This document shows, one piece after another, positions 12,198-24,432 of a stretch of 64,000 bases of DNA. Below the pieces are notes generated by a model, which was given only the letters and a program-made list of their open reading frames with translations, made no database searches and had not been told where the DNA came from. Each line of letters opens with the position of its first letter. Position 1 is the stretch's first letter. The translations under genes were made by a program, and so were the position numbers. This DNA is from Eledone cirrhosa (taxonomy: Eukaryota): the NCBI GenBank assembly GCA_964016885.1, contig OZ024740.1, positions 255,006,001 through 255,070,000 on the forward strand. Direction: 5' to 3'.

Positions 12198-12372
12198 GGT
12201 ATTGTCATTTTTAATCGTTATAACAATTGTAAATTGTTTAAAACTTGAACCAAATAAAGACACCCTCCTCCTCGCGAGAGGGGTCTTTCTGCCCGTTATT
12301 TGGCCCTTCGGGGTTAAATAACCAGTTATTGGGATTTTGTGCCCAATATTCATTTTAAACCGTAAAAAAAAC

Positions 12373-14485
12373 ATGGCTACAAAAAAGAATTTTCACAAGT
12401 CACTCCCACTCCTTCCGTCTTCTTCTTCCTCAATCGTCATTACGTCAGAGAAAAGATTGTCTCTCTCCCTCCCTTCTCTAAATGTGGTGTCGCCTCTTTC
12501 GCAAGCGACGCCATTAAAGAAAAAGAAAAATGTAGTTTCTCGTAGCGTTCTTCGTCAAGAGAACGCGCGTACCGTGGAACATTTCTCCACGACGACGACA
12601 ACGAAAGATGTGTGCGGTAAATACGGAAAGCCATTTCATTCGTCTGACGTCATGAAGAATAGCAGCAGCAGCCGTATTAACAGGAGCAGCAGCAACAGTG
12701 ACAAGGAAAACAATAGTAGCAGCCGCAACATCATCATCAGCAGCACAAACAACAACAGCAGCATCAACAACACCAACAACAGCAGCAGCAGCAGCAGCAA
12801 CAAAAACAACGACCACAGCAACAGCGGCGGCGGTGGTCGTAGTACCAGCATCAACAACAAAAGTAACAGCAGCTCTGACGACAACAACAAGAAGAAAGAC
12901 AAACCAATCCCGTTTGCAGGTATCGCAAAGAACCTGGAAACCATCCTTATAACAAATGAGGAATTACAGGAAGCAAAGAAGATGGTGACGAAAACCGGAC
13001 ACCGAGCAATCTGCAAGGCAGCCGAAGAATTTTTCGAAACCCAACAGCACTGTACGGTTATGTACCGTACAGTAAGCACAACATCACGTAGGGTTGAAAG
13101 AGCCACAGAGGCTCAAATACAAAAAGCCTTAGTGTCTGTGTGGCAGCGGAAAACGCATATCACCCGAGGCAAGAAATGTGCCACCGTAGACGTGCTTTTT
13201 GCCACACCACAGGAGGCAAAGGCTCAATCCTTAGTGACCCTAAGGAGCGAGGAAATGGTGTTGGTGCCCTCCTACTGCGGGCAAAAAATTGTGAGGGTCC
13301 AACTGACCCAATTCCCCTCCCCACCCCCGGGATGGCCCCTTCTTGGCTGGCCGCGTCTGTCCTCGTCGGAATCGAGGACAAAACAACCGTACTGCAAGTA
13401 CAGGAAAAAATACGAGAAGATTGGGTCGGTGCCTCCATTGAGATGTTAATTCAAACCAACCAGGAGTGCATCGAAGCTATCCCGGATGTGATAGACTTCT
13501 ATAACGGCACTCAACTTCCCATAAGTGTTGAGGGCAAACGCCTGAAATGCTTTCGCTGTGGGTCGAAGACTCACCTCAGGGCCTTCTGCAATGAGAAGAC
13601 CATGAGAAAGGAGAAAACCCCCTCCTTCCGAAACCGGCTCCACTGCTACCATCAACAGGACAGCAGGAAGGATAGGTCCGTGGCAACCATACCCACCCAC
13701 GGAAATCAAGAACAGCAGCAGCAGTGGAAGTATTAACAGCAACAACAGTAATACCAACTGCAGCTGCAACAGAGACTCCACTGCAACCATCACCAACAAG
13801 AATAAGTGAAAGAGTGGAGCTGGTACCCCTCCCCAACCTCACAGAATCAGAAATGGAGTGTGAGGTGGGAGAGGGATGACAAAAGGTCGCAAGAAGTCAC
13901 AAACGCAGAAGCAGCGCATCGTCGCCTTCGAAAAGGGAGGGAAGAAATGAAACGGGGGTAAAGGCTACTGCAAAGAGACTTACAGCAGCAACACCACCAA
14001 CACCATCACCACCCACACTAGCACTACCATCAGCACCGGCGGCAACCCCACCGCCAACAACAACAACACCTTCAACAACACCACCACAAGCACCAACATC
14101 GCAAATACAACAACAAAACACATACACCCAGCAACAACGACAAGAAAATAGCAGAACCACCCCCCACCCCCAGAAAAAGAAATGCACAGCAATAAATACA
14201 CACAACAAGAAACTAATGACTTACATAATTGAACACACATACATTTCACAGCACGACTACATAATACCAGCACCAATCAAAACACCAACGAACATAAGAC
14301 TGGTAAGAATATCACAGAAACAATACACAAACAATAAAATGAAATTCCCCAACGCAGTTGGTGATTTCAGAGACCTAGGAGGGACACTCAACCGGAGAGT
14401 ATACTCGGATATACTCACAGAAGAGCCGACGACCAGCCGAAGGGACGATTCAACGGTCCCTTCACCAGACGATCAAGGTAAGTGA
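12373..14485 (+). pseudogene. Tx1 ORF1 (gag-like), frameshifted
   Basis: ORFs 12337..13449 and 13140..13736 (CFRCGSKTHLRAFC); Asn/Ser- and Thr/Pro-rich linkers; VPSYCG aligns with FPTYMG of family B ORF1. Confidence 0.75.
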
Positions 14486-14517
14486 TCCTTTCTCACTTGC
14501 CCCGTTCCTCACCAAAC

Positions 14518-14884
14518 ATAGCTGTATTCAGGATCAGAAGTGTAAACCTGCGTGGCTTGAGCTCGGTTTGGAAGCACGGTCACTTGCTTAACGACCTCAG
14601 GTCACTAAACATAGATGTGGTGGCCATCAGCGAGACGAGAATCTCCGAAACGCAAGCCTTCGCACCGATCTTCGACGGTTACGAGGTGTACGCATCTCCG
14701 AGCCGTCTGGGAGCGGGGAGGGGGTGACTGTGTTGTTTCGGAAAGGCTTGGATCTCGCCATACGGACCATCTTCCTGGACCCAGAAGGTAAGTCGGGGGT
14801 GAGTGTGTTGTTTCGGAAAGGCTTGGATCTCGCCATACGGACCATCTTCCTGGACCCAGAAAGTAAGTCGGGGGTGCTGGACGT
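14518..14884 (+). pseudogene. Tx1 ORF2 AP-endonuclease N-terminus, truncated, with a 75-bp tandem duplication
   Basis: SVNLRGL...IDVVAISETR; probable start codon reads ATA. Confidence 0.8.
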
Positions 14885-17610
14885 AAGCCAGAACTGCAGA
14901 GGGTCATTTGGCATGCAGTACAATAAAATGGTGCAGAAGATCTCTTGCAGCTGAGGACCAAGCGTAATGGATGAGGCCTCTTCCATAGCTTTGTCTTTTT
15001 CTCCATCTTCAACCAACAGACCAAGTTTTCTGCAGGCTTCTTGGAATGTTGGAAATTCAACTCCTTCAATTGTCCTCAAATCTTTGAATGAAGTTGAACC
15101 AGCCTTGTGATGTAGGATCATCCTGAGATAATATAATTCAGATTGATGTCTACTAAGAGATACTGTTGGAATGCGTCCAAGAGATTCACTCATAAATTGT
15201 TGATCACCATCCAGATGTCCCTTTTTTCATCTTTGCCACTTTTTGTTTGTCCAAGTGAAATATTTAGGAATATCAATATACAATATGTTTTGTGCCAGTG
15301 GGTCTCTAATATTCAGTTGAAAATATTCCGTCAACTTAGTCATTGGCTGTCCCCTAGAAACAACACTTTCTTCCTGCCCTCGCTCATACACGACCACTTG
15401 TTCCCCAGGTAAATGGCAAGGCAACTTTTCAACTGGCGGTTTTCGATGATGTAATGGAAATTTATAGATTCTCCAGAATACTTCACTGGCTGAGATGTAC
15501 CGTGCATTGATATAGGCCTCAATCTCATTTTGGGCATGGACACAATTTCCTCGATCATCCTTAATAGTGAAAGTGATCTTGTCTGATCCTTTTGTGATGT
15601 AATTATATAAGTACTTAACAGCCTTGACACTGTGGAAACCTCACAATTGATGTGGCACTGATATCTCAATGAGAGGGAAGGGTTGTATGGAACAATCCAA
15701 CGATTATCAACAGTAAACTCTTGACCTTTAAGTTGAATTATATGGGGGTGACCACCATGCTGTCTATCCCATCTTCTATACCCTGGAAAGGAATTTTCGG
15801 CAACAAATGTGGTTTGTCTGAATGCCTTAGGATAACTTTTTGAGCAATGGCATCGTTGTCCTAGCCCTTCAATACATGGGCACATCATATTAGCTTGTCT
15901 ACATGGGTCATGAATGTTGCAGGATGTGATGATCTTATGCAGAATTGGATTGGTCTCTTGATCAGGAATCTCACAGTACACTACCTGATCAATGACATCA
16001 GCAGTTTTGGGCTTCCTATACTCAGCCATTATCAGCAGAATATGAGTATGAGTGGGGCCTCCTTTCTGCCACTCTATTGTAGCAGAATGAGCCACAACTT
16101 TTCCTAGGACATTTTTTTTCAGTATGTCATCCATGAGGCTGTCATACTTGATCTTGATGACTCTTGCACAAATATCAGGACGGTCTCTAGGTTCTTCACC
16201 AGGGTGAACACTATTTTTTATTTCATCCAGGTTAGGGTTAGTTGTTACTGTGAGGAAATAAGATGGCTTTCCCATGTGTCGAAACACATTCATCGAATTC
16301 TGAAAGCACTCACTGTAGAAGCGAGGGGGACCATAGATTAAAAGAAGAAAGACAATTCTCCGGCCTGCATTTACTGAATCTCCTTCAGCCACAGCATCAT
16401 ACAAACCCTCATACTTTTTAGCTCGTATAATGGTTTGATTGTTGCGAGCCCATTTGAGGCGACAATGTTCTATTTTTACCTGGGCATCTACAGCATATTG
16501 CTGCATCAGCCGCCTGCTCTTTATTATAATGTTACAGTCACCTTGCCTGACCTGAAACCGATAACAGTAGAAATCAGTGAGTGTGAGTGTGTGGTTGTTG
16601 ACAATCCTTTTCAAACCAACCTGAAACCCATCATTCCTCCAAGGAAACAGTAGCACATAATGTAGAGGATCATAAGAACGGTGCAACTGATGAACCCTCT
16701 GAAGACCACCATCTCTTTTATGAATGATGACATCCAAAAGACCTAATGCTGTATCAGGTTGAATAACAGCAATCTCAGAAGCCATGGGAAGATTATATGT
16801 GCAAAAATTAAAATCAGTGGGTTTTACTTTGTCAGCATGTAGGACAATATTCACATTTTCAGAGACAGGCATTTCAATGACTGCCTTGAAGCTTCTTATA
16901 TAGGTGTTGCAGTAGTGCAAGTCTTCTTGCAGGTCCTACAAGACAGCGGCATCTAAATTAGCATGATGCAAACGATTCTGAAGCTCATGACCTGTATCAT
17001 AGAAATAAAGCTGCGCAAACTTGGGTGAAGCATCACTTGGAAGTAGTGATCCAATAATATGACAAATCTTACCTTGGATCTTATCTTGAATGTGGGACTA
17101 AACCCTGGTGTTTTGATATCTTTGCAACCAATTGAAGCTAAGGCAAGCACATTGTTTAATTCACGTATCTTATGGAGAAAAGAATTTCCTGCTTGAGTGA
17201 TATCGAAATATTTCAGGAAGTTGAGGGAGTTTCACTTTTCCTTGGAAGCAGCACAGAGATTTGGATTCATGTGGCCAGCGATAAGCTTTGCAGTGCGGAC
17301 AAACAGAAGCAAAGAGACTCCCTGCATTATGTTGTGGCATTATGGAAAGAAAAGTTTGCTCTTGGAAAGGTTCATCTGTAGGATTCTTTGCCAGACCTTC
17401 AATTGATCTGTTCCTTCCTCTCTGAACGTTTGGTGTATTTGTTGCAAGTTGTTGTTGGTGTCTTAACTGAATTACATTTGTAGAAATTTGTTGGGATGTT
17501 GTAGAGCGATTATTGTTTGATTGATTTGCCCTCATCTCTCTTTGTCGTTGTGTGTCTGCTGCCATGCGTTGGGATATAGATGAGAAATGTTTTCTGCGTC
17601 CCATGTTCAC
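14885..17610 (-). mobile_element. Helitron RepHel pseudogene (zinc finger and HUH Rep; helicase missing)
   Basis: CPHCKAYRWPHESKSLCCFQGKVKLP; YDPLHYVLLFP; YFLTVTTNP; DRPDICARV; EWQKGGPTHTHILL; VDNRWIVPYNP; ELYYLRMIL...SFKDLRT. Confidence 0.92.
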
Positions 17611-17677
17611 TTTCTGTCATGTATGTATAAATATATGTTATCTCTACGGTGAAATCTTAGAAATAAATATATGTTAA

Positions 17678-17797
<120 letters not shown>

Positions 17798-17886
17798 AGG
17801 AGGTGAGTATTATTGTAGTACAATAAAGCAATGCAGATATCGGATAAGTAGCACTCTACAGTTTGTAGGACTGGAGTATAAATAAT

Positions 17887-20800
17887 ATATAAGATCAAAA
17901 GATGGTTAAAAGAGTTCCAGTCAAAAGACATTCCTATACCTGGTAAATCTGAATTCACCAAACTTCTAATTGAAAAAACTGACTCCTTTATGAGAAGGCT
18001 TAGATGGATAGTTTTTTTCTATGACCAGCGCCTAAAAAGGAACTTCTATACCAAGGAACATAACTTTCTCGATAATTTATTTAATTCTAGAAGAAATCCT
18101 CCTTCCAACAAAAATCTAGTGCAATTCGAGGAGGAGTTAACTAACATTATAAAAAATCTTAAATTCAAGAGAAACCCTTACAGAGGACAAGAGCACCTTG
18201 TAAATCTCAAGAACACGATTTCAAACCTAAATTCCACTCCGACAAAACAAATAATTTATATGGTATTTCTAAGGATAACTATAACAACCTTATCCTTAAG
18301 GAACTTAGGAAAAAATATCGCAAAACCAACCATGATAATTTAGAATCCATAAACCTTGAAGCTTCTGAGATTATGTCAAAACTTGGCATCGGAAAAAAGA
18401 CCGAACCATTCCTCCCAAGAACTCCGAGGATAAATCTCAAGGATCACAAAAACAACTTTCGTACTGAACTACCTCTAAATCAGATCTGGGGTTGTTAGCA
18501 ATGCCATCTTGGATAGAATTATCCCACAGGTTCGTTCTAATTGCTCTACTTCGAACTTAAATTTATGGTTTGGTACTTCTGAAATGATTGGCTGGTTCAA
18601 CAAATTGAATAAGAAAAACAAACAAAAATTTATTCAATTTGATATTGCCAGCTACTATTCTTCTATTTCGCCCTCACTTCTCAACAATGCTCTATCTTTC
18701 GCTTACAAATATTCAGACATCACCACAGATGAACTTCACATCATTCTCACCGCACGTAAAACCATCCTAGAGTTCAACAATGAATATTGGACCAGAGCTG
18801 ATACCTCTAACAACTTTGACATCACAATGGGAGCATCCGATTCATCCCAATTGACAGATTTAATTGGTATCTTTATTTTGAACTATTTGAATCGGAAAAT
18901 TCCTCAACTTCGTGGTGGAATTTATCGTGACGATGGACTCTTTACTATCTTAAATTGCAACATAGTTAGCCTTAATATTATTAAGAACAATATACGTAAT
19001 CTCTTTAACCAACATAACTTAAAAATTGAATTTGATAACAACATCAAACTAGCTAATTTCTTGGATGTATCTCTTAATCTTGACACTGGCCTATATTACC
19101 CTTACCATAAAAACAATGAGAATCTAAATTATGTTAATTTTAAATCTAACCACCCCACTAATATTAAGAATGCTATAGTTAGTAATATTGGAAAAAGAAT
19201 ATCCATCTATCATCTAATAAAAACATATTTGATGCTAACGCCAATTACTATAATAACGCGCTTTCTAAAGCCGGTTATCCTGATAAAATCAAATATAGTA
19301 AAGAAACAAATTATAGAAGATCTTACAGTAGAATAATTAATCATGATCATTCCAATAACTTTAATAAAAGACCTAGATACAAAAACATAATCTGGTATAA
19401 TGCTCCTTTCTCCATCTCTATTAATAATAATATTCCTCAATTATTCTTTAGTGCCTTAAATAAATGCTTCCCTCCCTCACATATCTATAGTAAAATATTT
19501 AACAAACACACTATAAAATTTTCCTATTCGACCTCCTCCAACATCTCCAACATTATCTCTAAACACAACAATAAAATACTAAATACTAAATCTCTTCCTT
19601 CCAACACTGAATATCATAATAATAGTAATAGTGCCCCCGACGTCATTGTTAACTCTAGGCTAATTTCTGCAAACCCAAATACAACGTCAAACGCAACTTC
19701 GTTAAATGTTCTTAATCCCAATCTAAATCAAGAAACTATTATTCCTATCGTAAATAACTTCTCCAATCCAATTACTTCTATAGATAACACTAGGTCACTT
19801 GTTAATAACTCTGTTAATTTCTCTAATCACAATTGTAATTGCCCTGTTAAAAATAAATGTCCTCTCAACAACCATTGTCTTGAAAAAAACTTAATCTATG
19901 AATGTAAAGTTATAACTCACACCAATTCCTTTACCTATTTTGGCTCCACTTCCACCTCCTTTAAAGCTCGTCTTTATAATCATCATTCGTCTTTTAAACA
20001 CCAACTTAAAAGAACCAACACGGCACTCTCATAACTCATATGGTCCTTGAAAGACAAAAATATCAACTATAACATCTCTTGGAGGAAGGTTTGTTCTGCT
20101 TCTCCATACTTGAATGCTTCTCTATCCAAGACATGTAATCTCTGTTTATGTGAGAAATTTACCATTATATCTAATTTAGATTCTATAATAAATAGACGCA
20201 CTGACTTGTTTTATCTCTGCTTGCATAAATTCCACAGAACATTCCATAAAGTATACAGGTAATATCTAATACTTTACCAATTTAAAATCCTTTTTCTCAA
20301 AGGCACATATATATATACATATATATTTCTTTAAAAATATACCCATCTTTCTACCTTATTTCAATGTTATTTATTATACATTATATAATACTAGTTACTC
20401 ATTCTATATCACTCCTATTTATCACTTCCCTTTCTTCCTTTTCTTTTTTTCTTTTAATTTCTAACCTCTAATCTGTACCTTTTCTTCCTAGATACTTCTC
20501 AATTCTCATTATTACTCACCACAATATTTCCACTCTTCCTTCTTCCATCCTATCACTGGCCATAAAATTTACTATTACCCTTTAAATACTTTATAATATC
20601 ACCTTGAAAAATCCTTCGTAAACATTAACATTTTTTTTGACGTTATTTTTTTCTCCCTTTCATGCTCATCTAACTTCTACATATTACACATATTCATCCA
20701 CTCTTCTACTTCTTTTCACAATATATCCTTAATTACATTACTATTTCTATTTTTTTTTTAATAATACAAATCAACAATCTCTTTCCATCGCACATATTAT

Positions 20801-21360
20801 TAAACCCTTCAATATTAAAACCTTAACTTAATATTATTCTTAATACATATTAACAATTTCTTTTCATCGCACATATTATTAAACCCTTCAATATACAAAC
20901 GTTAATTTAACATTATTCTTAAATTTTTCTCTTCGTTAATTTTCAAATTCTTTTAATTTATATATTATCTTCCAACGGTTTTTTAACTTCTCTCTGTAAA
21001 ACAATATATTTTTCTTAGTTATCTCTCTTTTCTTAGCTATCTCTCTCTCTCCCATCTCTCCTCCTATCTCATCCTTTCTTATTACACTCCTCCCCCTCCA
21101 TTCTTTACTCTCATCTCCTCCTCTTTTTCATCCTTTCCACCCCCCCCCTCAATTTTTTCCCCAATATCACACATCAATCTAAAACTACTTTTGTTGATTT
21201 AAAACTGCACTATTCACAAGTGTTTTTTAACCTTCATATCATGTCTCCCTATTTTATCTGACGAAAACGCAAATGTCATCGCATGATGATATTTGTTTTT
21301 GAAATGCGCATAATAAAATACATGGAATTCTTTTAACCATCTTTTGATCTTATATTATAT
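17887..21360 (+). mobile_element. Penelope-like element (RT and GIY-YIG, frameshifted) with long 3' UTR and inverted terminal segment
   Basis: FIQFDIASYYSSI, FDITMGASDS, YRDDGL, NFLDVSLNL; CNC...CPL...LIYECKV...YFGST, CNLCLCEK; 17887-17918 is the inverted copy of 21324-21355. Confidence 0.92.
21250..21320 (+). ncRNA. Intact type I hammerhead ribozyme of the Penelope pLTR
   Basis: tattttat-CTGACGA-[aaacgcaaatgtcatc gcat gatgatatttgttttt]-GAAA-tgcgca-TA-ataaaata: 8-bp stem I, long stem II, palindromic stem III. Confidence 0.88.
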
Positions 21361-21487
21361 ATATTCATTAGTTAAGCAAAACAAGACCACACATTTCACA
21401 ATGAAGACATTATTAAAAGATTGTCAACATAGTTTTAGTTTAATGTAAGGAATGTAAAGAATAATAATAATAATACTAATAATGTCC

Positions 21488-21606
21488 GTTTACAATTGTT
21501 TCGCTACTCCATATAATATTTCTGGATCAAATGATTATAGATCATTATTGATCTGGTTCAGTTGAAGATAATTAACTTAGGTAAAATTGGAGCAGTTCAT
21601 CGGAAC
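21488..21606 (-). ncRNA. Hammerhead-like motif with CCGAUGA core in a convergent pLTR remnant (~21365-22100)
   Basis: gtt-CCGATGA-actgctcca...tggagtagc-GAAAC-AATT-GTA-aac. Confidence 0.55.
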
Positions 21607-22100
21607 TTCAAAATTAAGGTAAAGAAAAATGGTTACATGAATGTAATGTTCCATATATTGGTATTTCACTATGGTGTCCTGGGTATATCTATTGTCTGCC
21701 ATAGGCGAGCAATATTCTTCTGTCGACGAGGCTGCATTATGTGAGATCTGCCTATGGGTAACAAGATGGCCACCAAAAGACATATTTATCTTACTAATTA
21801 GAGGGTGGTTTCAGGGGAAGTAACTCCTCAAGAAATTAGAGATTGTAGGTGGTTTATAGTTAAGAAGTGCTAATGAGTTTAAGTGAGAGACAATGTAAGG
21901 GAGGTAACTTATAATTATCTAAGTTAGCTATAACTATTTAACTTGTTAGCTATAAGCAAAAGTGGGAATAGATGACTATGTTGGGTCAAACATTCTGTTG
22001 GCGAAGGAATTAACCCTTCGATGTTGACAGCTAATAGTTACCTCCGTTCTATCATTAATCGGTAGAGGTCGTGATAGAGTTATGTAATAGGCTTCGGTAA

Positions 22101-22147
<47 letters not shown>

Positions 22148-22201
22148 CGGCGATGAATTAGTTTTGCGAGGTTTTTTATATGAAATCGTGTGTCGAAACA
22201 A

Positions 22202-22575
22202 ATATTGTTATACTTGGGGAGGGTCATATTTGTGTAATATTGCCAGAATTAATAACAGAACACACTCACTGTTTGGTTGGTTTTCGCTTTTCGCTTCTGT
22301 GTCTTTTATATCGGTAATCTAATTTATTCGGTCCTCAATGTTGCCATTGACTGACCAACGGTAAAAAATACAGATACAATACAGATACAATATATTATAT
22401 CTGTATTATTTTTTACCGTTGGTCAGTCAATGGCAACATTGAGGACCGAATAAATTAGATTACCGATATAAAAGACACAGAAGCGAAAAGCGAAAACCAA
22501 CCAAACAGTGAGTGTGTTCTGTTATTAATTCTGGCAATATTACACAAATATGACCCTCCCCAAGTATAACAATAT
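22202..22575. repeat. Near-perfect fold-back (~175-bp arms, short spacer) between (TA)n tracts
   Basis: ATATTGTTATACTTGGGGAGGGTC...GACCCTCCCCAAGTATAACAATAT; arms are reverse complements along their length. Confidence 0.95.
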
Positions 22576-22610
22576 ATATATATACATGTGTATATATATC
22601 CATATATATA

Positions 22611-23179
22611 TATTAGTAAAAAGAAAAGAAAATGCTGACAAATTTTTCCCAGTGAAAAATAGTTTTATTTGTCTCAATAGACACCTGAACTGTTGACCTC
22701 TCAGCATGACTGCAACTCAATCAAGCGGAAAAGGACACTCTTCGACAAACCTACATTTGGCGCGAAACCAGTTCGCGCTAAAATCAATTTAAACATTCAC
22801 GTGACTTCTACCGACCAATCAAAATTGTTTTGACTAGAAGAATTTTTGTAACACGAATTGGCACGAAATTTATAGTACTTATTCACGTGACATTCAACAA
22901 CCAACCAAATCTTAATACCTCCCAAGCCACTTTTTTCACATAAAACAGGAAGAATTTCCAAAACTGATCAGATTAGATCAAAAATCACGAGCACTATATC
23001 TCAAAATTATTTTTGAAAAGCATAAGAAATGCGCTGCCGGTAAAAACTTAAAACTAAAACTGAATACTAACTAATACTTATGACTAATTTATACTTATTC
23101 CTAATTAAATTATTTCTTAATTAAACTATTTTTCACTGGGAAAAATTTGTCAGCATTTTCTTTTCCTTTTTACTAATAT
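22611..23179. mobile_element. ~570-bp non-coding unit with ~55-bp terminal inverted repeats (MITE-like or PLE-derived)
   Basis: 22611-22665 is the reverse complement of 23123-23179; flanked by (TA)n. Confidence 0.7.
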
Positions 23180-23247
23180 ATCACAACTCACGTGTCACAC
23201 CTCTATTTTTTTAAATTATATTATATATATATATATTATATTTAAAT

Positions 23248-23321
<74 letters not shown>

Positions 23322-23489
23322 ATATTTATATCTATATTTATATATGTTTGATATAACTATAAATATGTAGGGTAGTACTAAGTACTAGCCGGTTACCGGT
23401 ATGACACGGCTCAATGCAAATTTTCAAGTGTTTTACAGAGCCGAGATACAAAGTGTTAAAACGATCAAATTTTAGTTTAGAACATTTAT

Positions 23490-23538
23490 TAGCTGACAAT
23501 TGTTTCTTCCAGTGGGAAGTCTGGAATCATCGGAGCAT
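23490..23538 (-). ncRNA. Compact hammerhead with CCGAUGA core variant
   Basis: gct-CCGATGA-ttccag acttccca ctggaa-GAAAC-AATT-GTC-agc. Confidence 0.75.
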
Positions 23539-23572
23539 AAGGAATGTCGAAAACGTGTAACTAGAATCCTAG

Positions 23573-24432
23573 TCATTTAGAACATTTAGGGTACATAGTT
23601 GTTGCATTAGCCAATGCGGCATTTTTAAAACTGTGTTTGTGGGTATTAAATCTTACTTTAAATTGGTTAGAAGTAGCTCCTATATATGAATAAGTTGAGT
23701 CCTTAGTGCTGACCTTACATTTATATACTATGTTATTAATAAGACAATTTCCTTTTAATGGGCAATTTCCTTTGTTTCTACAGTTACAACCGTTCGTGAA
23801 TATTATATCAGGGGAGTTAGTCAAATTTGGTGTGGAATTTACTCGACTTATTATATGTGAAGGAGATGGTGGTTTGTTGCAGTTTATTTTAGTATTATGG
23901 TCAGTTTGATGTGTTGGTGGTATATTCATGTTTTATTTTACATTTATATGCAGTGAAGGCACTTATATTTTGTTGTATATTTTTGGTAGTGGAGTAGGAA
24001 AATTTGACCGTTGATCTATTTAAAATTTGACGGTATTTATGGTTTGGAGGGAAGTTTTTCTTTAGGATAGTAAAACATCTTTTAGGGATATTATATTTAA
24101 TTTGTAGATTAAATGGAGCAATATACCAAGTAATTCGTCTATTACGGTTTCGATGTTGTTTTTTATATTTATACGATGTATCAGGATGTTTACTAAGAGA
24201 GTTAGTATTAGTGAATTTATTATATATAGGTTTAGTTAGATTAATTGATTTAGGTGTTTTAGTCTGATTATTAGGAATTTTGTTAGTAATGTTATTAACG
24301 TATATTGGAGTATTAGGATGAATGGTTTTTTGAAAGTTATTATATTGTATGTGAGAAGAGGTAGAGAAATTAAGTCTTAAGTTGGTATTTTTGGGTATAG
24401 TGTGAGTGGCATTTAGGTGTGTGTTTTTCATT
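23573..24432 (-). pseudogene. Penelope-like element fragment (linker and GIY-YIG N-half)
   Basis: RNRRITWYIAPF, KNFPPNHKYRQILNRSTVKFSYS, CNCRNKGNCPLKGNC...IVYKC...YIGAT...FKVRFNTH. Confidence 0.9.

Larger units (their letters stand above)
12197..14884 (+). mobile_element. Tx1-clade LINE family A, 5' part (5' UTR, disrupted ORF1, start of ORF2)
   Basis: Same 5' sequence as 63013-64000; ORF1 with CCHC knuckle; APE endonuclease start. Confidence 0.85.

Noticed and set aside
12262-12280. CCTCCTCGCG resembling the HDV ribozyme L3 loop
   Set aside because: P1, P2 and P3 could not be assembled; a simple hairpin explains it and the second copy changes the motif.
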